The position numbers and the translations under genes were made by a program. DNA of 64,000 nt from an uncultured Bacteroidia bacterium (GTDB lineage: Bacteria > Bacteroidota > Bacteroidia > NS11-12g > UBA9320). The stretch spans positions 3,120 through 67,119 of the forward strand of contig CAWURO010000007.1 of NCBI GenBank assembly GCA_963924815.1, in the 5' to 3' direction. This document shows positions 1 through 8,438 of this stretch, piece after piece; within the stretch, counting starts at the first letter, position 1, and each line of letters starts with the position of its first letter. Below the pieces are notes generated by a model. That model did not search any database and was not told where the DNA came from. It worked only from the letters and a program-made list of their open reading frames with translations.

Positions 1-86
1 AATATACCCAGAGCTATAGCGGTAATTACCACCCAACTCCGAAGCTTATTCCTCCATATATTTTTAAACGCTATTTTTACAATCAT
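1..86 (-). CDS. ABC transporter permease, FtsX/MacB-like (5' end only, gene runs off the window)
   Basis: The reverse strand from 86 reads MIVKIAFKNIWRNKLRSWVVITAIALGI, a typical FtsX-family N-terminus. Its ATG (86..84) overlaps the TGA (85..83) of the upstream permease as ATGA. Confidence 0.6.
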   Translation of the reverse strand, partial: MIVKIAFKNIWRNKLRSWVVITAIALGI

Positions 87-1339
87 CGTCGCATTGCTTT
101 AATAGGTTCTAATCTTTTAATCTTTACTATGGTGTACATATTCACTACCACCACAATAAAGAAGATGATGCCTGCATGCGATAATGCAATACTGGGGTCT
201 AATGATGTTGGGATTAGTGCTTCGAAACCATATTTCTCTACCACTTCTTGCATTTGTCCACTCAGGTTTATAGGGTAAATATTAAAGTATAAAACAACTG
301 GAAATGCGAAGGCTAATCCAGCAATAATTCCGGTAATAGCCATTAGAATGGTTTCTAAGATGGCAACAATAATCACCTTGTTTTTGGCCATTCCGACGGC
401 TATTAGAACTCCGTACTCAAAACTTCTTTCTTCGGTAAGCATGAGCACCGTGCCAAACAAACTAAAGGTAATAATGCTGTATAAGATAAATAGCACAAAT
501 AATCCTCCGGCCTTATCCACTGCAATTAATTGTTGTAGTTCGGGAAGCATTTCGTTCCAATTTAGTACTTCTAGTTGATTTGTATCTACTCTGGCAATTA
601 CCTCTTGTTGGGTCTCTTCCCAATTATCGTTTTTTAAGCCTAGTACTGCGGTGGTTACCATGTTCGGCATTGCAAAAAGTTCCTGAGCTTGAGCTAGATC
701 CATAATGACCGTTCTCTTGTTTAACTCTGGTGTTTTTAAATCTATAAACCCAATAATAGGATAGGAGCCTGAAGCCATAGATCCTTGGTAGCCTTGGCTC
801 AAAAAAATAATAGAATCGCCCAATCGTAAGCTCATAATATCACGTAAGCCTATGCCTACTAGTATTCCGGTCTTGCGGTTTGTAAAGTATTCGCCTTGAA
901 CTACTTTTTTATCCAGTCCCAAACGATTTTTCTCTTGCTGTACATCTAGACCTAGTAGAGCTACTGGTTTGGAATTGTCGTCTTTAGACGCAAGGGCAAA
1001 TCCTTCTATTCGGTAACTTAAATAGCTGACGTTCTCATGGTCTAGTAAGTACGTAATATCTTCGGGAGAAAAGCTATTATCTAAGGTTTTTTCTGTCCAA
1101 AACCCTTGCTTGTGAACTTGAATGTACCCAAGATAACTACTTACTATATTTTTAAGCATATTGCCATAGGCTCCGTATTGCAAGCTTCGCATGAATACAG
1201 CAAAAATGACCGCAAAAATGATGGACGAAACGGTAATTATACTACGACGCTTATTTCTAAAAATATTACGCCAAGCTAGTTTGAATAGCATTACAAAAGG
1301 AACAAACGTAATGTATGGTTGTTTGTCCCAAAATGACAA
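83..1339 (-). CDS. ABC transporter permease, FtsX/LolE-like
   Basis: 418 aa. N-terminal KLAWRNIFRNKRRS motif plus a TM helix, a large periplasmic domain, and a C-terminal FtsX 3-TM bundle. It sits in tandem with a second permease. Confidence 0.85.
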   Translation of the reverse strand: MSFWDKQPYITFVPFVMLFKLAWRNIFRNKRRSIITVSSIIFAVIFAVFMRSLQYGAYGNMLKNIVSSYLGYIQVHKQGFWTEKTLDNSFSPEDITYLLDHENVSYLSYRIEGFALASKDDNSKPVALLGLDVQQEKNRLGLDKKVVQGEYFTNRKTGILVGIGLRDIMSLRLGDSIIFLSQGYQGSMASGSYPIIGFIDLKTPELNKRTVIMDLAQAQELFAMPNMVTTAVLGLKNDNWEETQQEVIARVDTNQLEVLNWNEMLPELQQLIAVDKAGGLFVLFILYSIITFSLFGTVLMLTEERSFEYGVLIAVGMAKNKVIIVAILETILMAITGIIAGLAFAFPVVLYFNIYPINLSGQMQEVVEKYGFEALIPTSLDPSIALSHAGIIFFIVVVVNMYTIVKIKRLEPIKAMRR

Positions 1340-1423
1340 TTTAGGCGTATTTCAATTTTCATCAAATGGGTTCCTATTTATTTTCACTTCGTTAAACTTT
1401 GCGATTCAAATTAGAATGGACCG

Positions 1424-3010
1424 TTATTTTCTTTTAATACTGACGATTTTGTCACCAACGGTTATTTTATTCACTACTTCCATGCCGCTCATTACCCTAG
1501 CAAAAATGCTGTATCTCCCGTCTAAATGTGGTGTTGGGCAGTGGGTAATAAAAAATTGTACGCCTTCGGTATCTAAACCTGCGGAGGCCATACCTACGGT
1601 TCCTTCTGAGTATGTTTGATAGTTGCTGAACTCACTTCGTTGCGTCCAGTTTAAGCTTCCCCATCCGTCACCTCTTGGGCAGCCTCCTTGTATCACAAAT
1701 TGAGGAACAACCCTGTGAAAATATTTAGTATCATAAAATCCGGAGTCTACTAATTTTAAAAAATTACTCACCGTTCCGGGGGCATCATTTACAAAAAGTT
1801 GAATCGTGATAGCGCCTTTTGTCGTTTTAATAATAACCTCTTGCTTGGCAGGTATGGTTTTTATGAAATTCCAATCGATAGGGTTATTGTATTTAGGTTT
1901 GTAACCTGTGAATTTTTCACCTCCTAATACTTCTATTGCCTTGCAAATGTCTATATATGTTTCAGCTTGTTGTGGGAGCTGAAGTTTTGATTTGACTTGG
2001 TTTAATAGTGGTAGCATGGTGACCTTGTCAGTATTTAAATTGCTTTCTTGAAGTCTAATTGACGCCAAGCTTTGTAAGGCCATATCTCCTGATTTTAAAG
2101 CAAATTCAATGTAAGTATTTTCACTATCACCATGGGAATGTGAAACGATATATGAAAATGATGCACTTCTTACGGCAATATGTTTTGTATTGTCGTAGAA
2201 TAATTTGACGAGTTGCTGATACTCTAGATAGGACCAAGATTTCTTATTATTTATTAAATTCACCCTTTGATAGTTGTTCAAAGAGTCGAATTGTTCCCAT
2301 TTTAAGATTGCACCTTCCACTTTTTGGTTGGTTAAAAGCGCTAATCGTTCCTTAATTTCGTCATACCTTGTAACCCCAATCAACGAATCCACCAATTCCA
2401 AATCACCAAGACTTCTCAAATCCCTATATACGTAATGACTCGCCAATATTGCCAAGTCCTTGTTGTCATTATTTAAGAAATTCATCATCCTAGTATTCAA
2501 TGACTCGGAATGAAATCCTTTTAACCCAAGTCTGAACACTCCGTACGCCCAACCCATTTGAAGTGCAGAGTCGATATATTCTACTTCCTCGAAGAGTTTT
2601 AGGGTACTGGAATCTCCACATTTCCCAATAGCTTCTAAAATATATCTTCTGTTTTCATTTAAAAGCTCTCCATCAAAAGCACTTCTCAATATTTGCAATG
2701 CTTTTGGGTGTCCGATTTGCCCTAGGGCGAAGGCTGCGGCTCTTCTTGGCATTGGATCTTGATCTATTTGTAGCATTTGATTCAAATAAGGAATGGCTAA
2801 AGTATCCTGTGCGCTTGCAAATGCCAAGGCAGCAGCAACGCGATGACTTTCTTTTTTAGCTTTAAGAAATGGGATAAGTCCTTCGGTATCCCGTCTGTCT
2901 TGCAACTCGTAGATAGTAATTAGCTTATCATCAACCCATTGGTTAGGCGCATTTTTGTTTTTATCACTGCAAGAAGCTAATAATACAAGAAGGATTATGC
3001 TGTATTTCAT
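1424..3010 (-). CDS. Lipoprotein with HEAT-like repeats fused to a cyclophilin-type peptidyl-prolyl isomerase
   Basis: The C-terminal ~160 aa carry cyclophilin motifs (FHRVVPQFVIQGGCPRGDGWGS, GTVGMASAG, QFFITH). The N-terminal region has HEAT-like repeats (RRAAAFALGQIGHPKAL). There is a lipobox LLASCS. I prefer the ATG at 3010 over the track TTG at 3019. Confidence 0.85.
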   Translation of the reverse strand: MKYSIILLVLLASCSDKNKNAPNQWVDDKLITIYELQDRRDTEGLIPFLKAKKESHRVAAALAFASAQDTLAIPYLNQMLQIDQDPMPRRAAAFALGQIGHPKALQILRSAFDGELLNENRRYILEAIGKCGDSSTLKLFEEVEYIDSALQMGWAYGVFRLGLKGFHSESLNTRMMNFLNNDNKDLAILASHYVYRDLRSLGDLELVDSLIGVTRYDEIKERLALLTNQKVEGAILKWEQFDSLNNYQRVNLINNKKSWSYLEYQQLVKLFYDNTKHIAVRSASFSYIVSHSHGDSENTYIEFALKSGDMALQSLASIRLQESNLNTDKVTMLPLLNQVKSKLQLPQQAETYIDICKAIEVLGGEKFTGYKPKYNNPIDWNFIKTIPAKQEVIIKTTKGAITIQLFVNDAPGTVSNFLKLVDSGFYDTKYFHRVVPQFVIQGGCPRGDGWGSLNWTQRSEFSNYQTYSEGTVGMASAGLDTEGVQFFITHCPTPHLDGRYSIFARVMSGMEVVNKITVGDKIVSIKRK

Positions 3011-3096
3011 CGCTAGCAAATGTAGGACTTATACACTTCTTTTAATAGTAGCATAACGGTAACATTGCGATAACATAAGCTAAATACCATTGCATT

Positions 3097-3399
3097 GTGA
3101 AATTGAAGCTAACCGCTGTATTACTTATCACATCGTTGATGACAGTAGCGAATAATCCTATGAAAATTAAGGTATTAGATGAGAATAACGAGCCAGTAAC
3201 AGGAGCTAAGGTTATTTTGCCTTCGGTAGAGTTATCTTCATTTACTAATTTTGATGGAGAAAGCGAAATATCTGCGGAGTATGAAACTAAAGTTACTGTG
3301 GAGTATGTAGGATACGAGCCTCAAGAAGTTGAAATTCCAGTTCACGGAGACGAATTCGTAATCGTACTTCGCAAGAGAGTGCCAAGTCACGCACTATAA
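3097..3399 (+). CDS. Small secreted protein, carboxypeptidase-regulatory-like (CarboxypepD_reg) fold
   Basis: 100 aa with a signal peptide, then IKVLDENNEPVTGAKVILP...VEYVGYEPQEVEI, which is typical of CarboxypepD_reg domains. GTG start. Confidence 0.55.
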   Translation: MKLKLTAVLLITSLMTVANNPMKIKVLDENNEPVTGAKVILPSVELSSFTNFDGESEISAEYETKVTVEYVGYEPQEVEIPVHGDEFVIVLRKRVPSHAL

Positions 3400-3453
3400 T
3401 TTACCTTTATAATCTAATAGTATTTTTTGTTTCGGCTACTTGATAGGCCCAGT

Positions 3454-3461
3454 TAACTTTG
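3454..3461 (+). promoter_or_regulatory. Bacteroidota sigmaA -7 box (TAACTTTG), 4 nt before the thioredoxin ATG
   Basis: Exact match to TAnnTTTG. The sequence is TAACTTTG-cggc-ATG(3466). Confidence 0.5.
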
Positions 3462-3465
3462 CGGC

Positions 3466-3780
3466 ATGTCAATACAAGTATCTACAGATAAAGATTTTAA
3501 CGAATTACTTGCCAGTAATGAAAAAGTAGTGGTTAAGTATTTTGCCAATTGGTGCGGAAGTTGCAAGCTTTTTGCTCCTAAGTACAGACGTTTGTCAGAA
3601 GATGAGCGATTTTTTGGGGTCACCTTTTTAGATGTGAATGCGGAAGAAAATATAGAAGCACGTAAGGCAGCAGGGGTAGACAACTTGCCTTATTTTGCGG
3701 TATTTAAAAATGGTAAGCTTGTAAACGGAGCGGCTACAAGTCTAGAGCCAAAAGTGGTTGAATTATTAGAATCCTTATAA
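3466..3780 (+). CDS. Thioredoxin-family protein (WCGSC active site)
   Basis: 104 aa with a thioredoxin-fold pattern VVVKYFANWCGSCKLFAPKY. The active site is CGSC rather than the canonical CGPC. Confidence 0.85.
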   Translation: MSIQVSTDKDFNELLASNEKVVVKYFANWCGSCKLFAPKYRRLSEDERFFGVTFLDVNAEENIEARKAAGVDNLPYFAVFKNGKLVNGAATSLEPKVVELLESL

Positions 3781-3797
3781 GTTAGATCAATAGTAAA

Positions 3798-4040
3798 ATG
3801 CAGATTCCTGTCATTAAAAAAATTACAGAAGCTTATAGCTTAGAAGAATTACAAAAAGCCGAAGTGGACTTGTATGAGGAACAAGTTCCTGAAATCAAAA
3901 TAGAAGGTAAAGATGAAGGCGAGCAGCTAACACATGTTCTAGCGGCTATTTTCATTTTAGAACATATGGCTGAAAATGGCGTTGACTTAAAAACGGCACT
4001 AAGAGAATATACCTTGAAGGTGAGAAATAGCATAAGCTAA
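3798..4040 (+). CDS. Small acidic hypothetical protein
   Basis: 80-aa ORF 17 nt after the thioredoxin gene on the same strand. No motif recognised. The opposite-strand ORF 3833..4033 is low complexity and probably spurious. Confidence 0.5.
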   Translation: MQIPVIKKITEAYSLEELQKAEVDLYEEQVPEIKIEGKDEGEQLTHVLAAIFILEHMAENGVDLKTALREYTLKVRNSIS

Positions 4041-4085
4041 GAAAGCGGTATAAAAGGATAGAACTTTTTTTAGTTATGATCAAAC

Positions 4086-5546
4086 CTAGTTTTTTATAAG
4101 TCTAGCATTATATATAACTTGGTTCTTTTCTCCACTTAAGAAGTAGATACCGCTCGGCAAATCTTCAATCTCAAGTACGGCTGTATTTTGTTTTTCTTTA
4201 ACTATTTGACCTATTGAATTTGTAAGTATTGCTTTATCTAAATAGAAAGGTAGATGAACAATAGAGGTAGCCGGGTTTGGGTAAAGAGTAATTGATTGGT
4301 GATTAGTACGAGAGATTCCTGCAGTCTCATTTACTTTAATTTTAAAGGTATCTACTGTAACAGCATTAAGTGGACATGCATTATCTCTAGCAGTTACGGT
4401 GAAAGTGTATGGAAGAGTTCGCACATCGCCAGCAGTAGGAGTCCAGCAAAACCTACCTGTTTGTAGTCTGTCAGTTGGATTAATAATATTGAAAGAGGCC
4501 CCTGGTATACCTCTATTCCAACTTAACTGTACTTCATCTGGAGCAGGTGTAGGAGCAGGAGGTGGTGGTATAAATACTTCATCGTCTGAGGCTATATTAA
4601 AACATAAGGTTTGACCTACAATAGCTATGGTGTCTCGTTTCCCAATAATAGTTGGCGGATTATTCTCAGGGCACTGAGAGGTGCTAATAAATTTTTCAAT
4701 ATGACTTGTGCTTATTTTTTGATAAGAACCTCCTTTATCTTTTCGCCATTCCGTTATTTCTATGGCTACAGGTCCGGCATCGCCAGTATTTACAGGTGTA
4801 TAGATACAATCACCTGTCACTGAGTCAAAATAGAAACCAATTGGCGGCGTGGCATTTGACTGACTATACGGATATTTTGTGCTACCCGGATAGTAAGGTA
4901 TTAGTGGCTGGTCTGGATAGTACCCACTTTTGAAAGATAGAGCAGAGCCGGTATTACTTAATGGGGCTACTAGTCTGTATGATATTGAGTCGAAATTTGC
5001 TGTATCTAACGTTCCTAGATTAAAGAAATAGGGTTGGTTCAAGCAATTGTTACTATGCAGTGATGAGTAATAAGCGGGTGTTTGGTTCGATATGATATTG
5101 CAATTTTCGAATTGGGTGTAGATATAGAAATCTGTTAGGGATGTGGATAGACTGGATATAGTGTTGCTTCTTTTGCCGCAGCTTGCATCAATTTTTAGGT
5201 TGCAGCAGGCTCCTATAGCACTGAATTTCGTATCTCCTAAATCTAAGGTATTACCATATACTATATTCCATTTATAGCTGGTATTGGAGCAACTTAAAAA
5301 CTGTTTGGTCTTGCTTAACTCTACGGGATTGGTTAGATTAATGTTCGAGGAACTTCCAACACATCTAATAGTAGAACTAAAGCTATCCGCTGAAAATACA
5401 GAATCTTGCTGATCTAGAATAAAGGTATATCTTACGGTTAGCTGAGTAAGGTTAATCTTATTTATTTCAATTGATCCAGAGAGCGTTGTTACGGCTTGTG
5501 CGAGTAAAACTAAGAAGGTTAAAAGTATGGTTAAGACTGATTTCAT
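4086..5546 (-). CDS. Secreted T9SS cargo protein (C-terminal Por/T9SS sorting domain)
   Basis: 486 aa with a signal peptide, a Cys-rich N-terminal region, a PPPPAPTPAP linker, an Ig-like segment, and a C-terminal T9SS CTD (ITLYPNPATSIVHL...GIYFL). Confidence 0.8.
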   Translation of the reverse strand: MKSVLTILLTFLVLLAQAVTTLSGSIEINKINLTQLTVRYTFILDQQDSVFSADSFSSTIRCVGSSSNINLTNPVELSKTKQFLSCSNTSYKWNIVYGNTLDLGDTKFSAIGACCNLKIDASCGKRSNTISSLSTSLTDFYIYTQFENCNIISNQTPAYYSSLHSNNCLNQPYFFNLGTLDTANFDSISYRLVAPLSNTGSALSFKSGYYPDQPLIPYYPGSTKYPYSQSNATPPIGFYFDSVTGDCIYTPVNTGDAGPVAIEITEWRKDKGGSYQKISTSHIEKFISTSQCPENNPPTIIGKRDTIAIVGQTLCFNIASDDEVFIPPPPAPTPAPDEVQLSWNRGIPGASFNIINPTDRLQTGRFCWTPTAGDVRTLPYTFTVTARDNACPLNAVTVDTFKIKVNETAGISRTNHQSITLYPNPATSIVHLPFYLDKAILTNSIGQIVKEKQNTAVLEIEDLPSGIYFLSGEKNQVIYNARLIKN

Positions 5547-5589
5547 ACTTTATGAGACGCACTCAAAGCTAAAACGTTGCTTAGAGAAA

Positions 5590-5624
5590 TAAAAAAGTCG
5601 CCCACCAATTGAATGGGAGCGACC
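5590..5624 (-). terminator. Rho-independent terminator after the peroxiredoxin gene
   Basis: The reverse strand reads GTCGCTCCCA-ttcaattg-GTGGGCGAC followed by TTTTTTATTT. The stem has one bulge. Confidence 0.7.
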
Positions 5625-5648
5625 TCTAAGTATACTGTTATTTGGATA

Positions 5649-6281
5649 TTAATTCTGAGACAAGTAATCTGCTACACCCGCAAAACTCTCTTTCATGGCA
5701 TCTTTACCTGCAGACCAGTTTGCAGGGCAAACTTCACCATGTGTATCCAAGTGAATAAGAGAGTCTAGCATACGCATAGCTTCATCAATACTTCTTCCCA
5801 ATGGTAGGTCATTTACTACTTGGTGTCTAACTACTCCGTTTTTATCAATTAAGAATAATCCTCTATAGGCGATCATCGGACCAGTTGCGAAAAGTTCGTT
5901 ATTTTCATTGTAATCATAATCTCCAAATAAAATACCATAGTTAGTGGTGATAGTTTTGGTCGTATCAGCAACTATAGGATAGGTGACGCCTTGTATCCCA
6001 CCGTGATCCTTTGCCATTTGTAACCATCCCCAGTGACTTTCTTCAGTATCTGTTGAACAGGCTACTATCTTACAGCCTTTTGCTTCGAAATCAGCAAGCT
6101 TTTCTTGAAAAGCATGTAACTCTGTTGGACACACAAAAGTGAAGTCTTTTGGGTAAAAGAAAAAGATAGCATAGCTGTCTTTTGCATATTCGCTTAAGGA
6201 GAAATTCTCTATTATTTCGTCTCCATTGATTACGGCTCCTGCACTGAAATGGGGAGCTTTTTTTCCTACTAATACTGACAT
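5649..6281 (-). CDS. Peroxiredoxin (typical 2-Cys, AhpC/Prx1 family)
   Basis: 210 aa with the peroxidatic Cys motif DFTFVCPTE, a resolving Cys in GEVCPANW, and strong family-wide similarity. Confidence 0.92.
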   Translation of the reverse strand: MSVLVGKKAPHFSAGAVINGDEIIENFSLSEYAKDSYAIFFFYPKDFTFVCPTELHAFQEKLADFEAKGCKIVACSTDTEESHWGWLQMAKDHGGIQGVTYPIVADTTKTITTNYGILFGDYDYNENNELFATGPMIAYRGLFLIDKNGVVRHQVVNDLPLGRSIDEAMRMLDSLIHLDTHGEVCPANWSAGKDAMKESFAGVADYLSQN

Positions 6282-6315
6282 TTTTTATTATTTTAAATTA
6301 ATCGTTTGATCTGTG

Positions 6316-6323
6316 CAAAGATA
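6316..6323 (-). promoter_or_regulatory. -7 box TATCTTTG upstream of the peroxiredoxin gene
   Basis: The reverse strand reads TATCTTTGCACAG, about 34 nt upstream of the ATG at 6281. Confidence 0.45.
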
Positions 6324-6456
6324 GTAATAACAACAAGCCTGTCTAAAGGTTCTACATTGTTAATTGATATATCGCAATAAGAAGTTGTAATAAAAATTTT
6401 GCGCAATGTTAAATTAATGTTAAGTTTGTTATCTAATTGTTAACACACCTAAAAAT

Positions 6457-6918
6457 ATGAGAAGCCTTACCACCCTAATTGCAGCAGTTTTTACACTAGT
6501 ATCCTTTGCTCTTACTACGAATATTGTGGTTAAAGATGGTATGTATTTTAATGAAGATGGAAGTCTATTCTCAGGTGAATATGAGCAATTTGAGTCTGGC
6601 ATTAAACTGGCTACAATTTCTGTAAATAATGGCTTGCTGTCAGGGTCTGCGGTATATTATCATGCTAATGGTGCTATAAAAGAAGAAGGAACCTTCATCA
6701 ATGGTAAGAGATCAGGTAGCTGGTTTCAGTACACGTCAAATGGTGAATTAACCAGTGTCGCCGCGTTTCATAATGATAAAAAAGAAGGTAAATGGGTTAT
6801 ATGGGACGATGCAGGAAAGGTTAGATTTGAAATGTACTATAGTGAGGGTAAGAAAGTAGGTACATGGAAAATGTGGGATGCTGAAGGAACACTAACCACG
6901 AAGACTTTTGAGCAGTAA
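6457..6918 (+). CDS. MORN-variant repeat protein (YwqK-like)
   Basis: 153 aa with a signal/TM segment, then repeated G-x-W-x-Y/W units (NGKRSGSWFQY, KKEGKWVIWD, GKKVGTWKMWD). Confidence 0.65.
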   Translation: MRSLTTLIAAVFTLVSFALTTNIVVKDGMYFNEDGSLFSGEYEQFESGIKLATISVNNGLLSGSAVYYHANGAIKEEGTFINGKRSGSWFQYTSNGELTSVAAFHNDKKEGKWVIWDDAGKVRFEMYYSEGKKVGTWKMWDAEGTLTTKTFEQ

Positions 6919-6949
6919 TTAATTGTTATTGCTTTGAATTTTGTAATCA

Positions 6950-6983
6950 AAGTCGTTTGTTGCAAGACAAGCGACTTTTTTTG
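6950..6983 (+). terminator. Rho-independent terminator after the MORN-repeat gene
   Basis: AAGTCGTTTG-ttgcaaga-CAAGCGACTT followed by TTTTTTG. The stem has one G-U pair. Confidence 0.65.
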
Positions 6984-6986
6984 TTT

Positions 6987-7496
6987 TTACATTTTATAGT
7001 ATTCAGAAAATTCTTTGGCTTTTGCCACGTACACTTCTGCATTTATTTTTATATTCTTTATCTGTTCATTAGAAACTGTTTTTACCACTTTTGCTGGCGA
7101 TCCTAAAACAAGTGAGTATGGAGGGATAATTGTACCCCCGGTTACCAATGCATTTGCCCCTATGATAGAAAACTCACCTATGTGAGCAGTATTAAGAATG
7201 ATGGCATTCATGCCTACCAAAACATTATTAGCTAGAATAGCTCCATGAACTATGGCACCATGACCAATAATGCATTCTTCACCAATATGAGTTGGCTCAT
7301 TTGGGTCACAATGGATGACTGCATTATCTTGTATATTGCTGCGGGCCCCAATCGTAATACTATCGCTATCTCCTCTTATTACTGCGCCATACCATATGCT
7401 CACTTGGTCTCCTAGTTTTACATCACCTATAACGGTCGCAGTAGGAGCGATAAATACGTCTGTTCCTTTAATAATGGGTTTAAAAAGATTACTCAT
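6987..7496 (-). CDS. Gamma carbonic anhydrase-family / hexapeptide-repeat protein (YrdA/PaaY-like)
   Basis: 169 aa of left-handed beta-helix hexapeptide repeats, with conserved IWYGAVIRGD and IGHGAIVHG segments. Confidence 0.85.
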   Translation of the reverse strand: MSNLFKPIIKGTDVFIAPTATVIGDVKLGDQVSIWYGAVIRGDSDSITIGARSNIQDNAVIHCDPNEPTHIGEECIIGHGAIVHGAILANNVLVGMNAIILNTAHIGEFSIIGANALVTGGTIIPPYSLVLGSPAKVVKTVSNEQIKNIKINAEVYVAKAKEFSEYYKM

Positions 7497-8358
7497 TTTC
7501 TTTTCTTACGCGTTTCCATCTTTTGTGTGTCCATAGCCAATATTCAGGGTGTGCAAGTATTTGCTCTTCTAGTTTTCGGGTGTGTGCTTTGGTTATTTCT
7601 CCTTCTGCAGTTTGATTAGGGTCGTCAAAAAGCACATCTATATCTAGAGTGTAATGACCTCGTTTAACTTTATGGATAGAACCGTATAAAACAGGTAAAT
7701 TATATTTTTTGGCAAACCGTTCAGTTCCCAAGGCTACGGCAGTGTCCTGATTTAGAAAAGTAGTCCAAAATACGGATTTACTATAGGTAGGACTTTGATC
7801 AGCACCAAAAACAGTCATTCTTGGAGTAGTATGTTCTTCTGTAAAATACGTAAAGGAGTCTTTGGTTGTTACCATACGTAAGCCAAATGCACTACGAGAC
7901 TCTCTTATTTTACGGTCGAAAAAAGGATTATTTAATTTACTATAGAGAGCTACTAAGTCATAAGGAACTTGTTGATGTAATCCGGATGCCAGCATTTCCC
8001 AATTGTTATAGTGTCCTCCTGCAATTAGTACGTCTTGACCTTTTTCAAAATAGGTGGGAAGAGCGTGTGGTAAGTTTACCACAAATCTTTTATCTATTTG
8101 CTTTTGGGTAATACTAAATAGTTTTATGCTTTCTACAATTAAGTCACTAAAGTGGCTATAAAATGCCCTACATATCGTTTTGATCTCTCGCTCTGTTTTA
8201 TTGGGAAATGAATTCCTGAGATTAAAAAGTACTACTTTTTTACGGTAAGGGATTAGGTTGTAAAATACGAATGATAGGAAATCAGAAAATCCGTACAATA
8301 GCCAATAAGGCCAGTAGGATAGAGGTTTTAGAATAAGATAAAAAAGTATTTTACTCAC
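7489..8358 (-). CDS. Lipid A biosynthesis (Kdo)2-lipid IVA acyltransferase family protein (LpxL/HtrB-like)
   Basis: 289 aa with an N-terminal TM helix and the HxxxxE catalytic motif in GGHYNNWE. Length and layout fit the LpxL family. It overlaps the downstream gene by 8 nt. Confidence 0.8.
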   Translation of the reverse strand: MSKILFYLILKPLSYWPYWLLYGFSDFLSFVFYNLIPYRKKVVLFNLRNSFPNKTEREIKTICRAFYSHFSDLIVESIKLFSITQKQIDKRFVVNLPHALPTYFEKGQDVLIAGGHYNNWEMLASGLHQQVPYDLVALYSKLNNPFFDRKIRESRSAFGLRMVTTKDSFTYFTEEHTTPRMTVFGADQSPTYSKSVFWTTFLNQDTAVALGTERFAKKYNLPVLYGSIHKVKRGHYTLDIDVLFDDPNQTAEGEITKAHTRKLEEQILAHPEYWLWTHKRWKRVRKENE

Positions 8359-8368
8359 GAAACAAATG

Positions 8369-8424
8369 TAAGTCTAAGATTAAGTTAAAACCAAAGTCTT
8401 ATTCTAATCTTAATCTTAGACTTA
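8369..8424 (-). terminator. Long hairpin (16-bp perfect stem, 24-nt loop) between typA and the lpxL-like gene, a possible terminator
   Basis: TAAGTCTAAGATTAAG (8369..8384) is the exact reverse complement of CTTAATCTTAGACTTA (8409..8424). No clear T-run follows on the minus strand. Confidence 0.35.
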
Positions 8425-8438
8425 GTTTTACAATTTAT

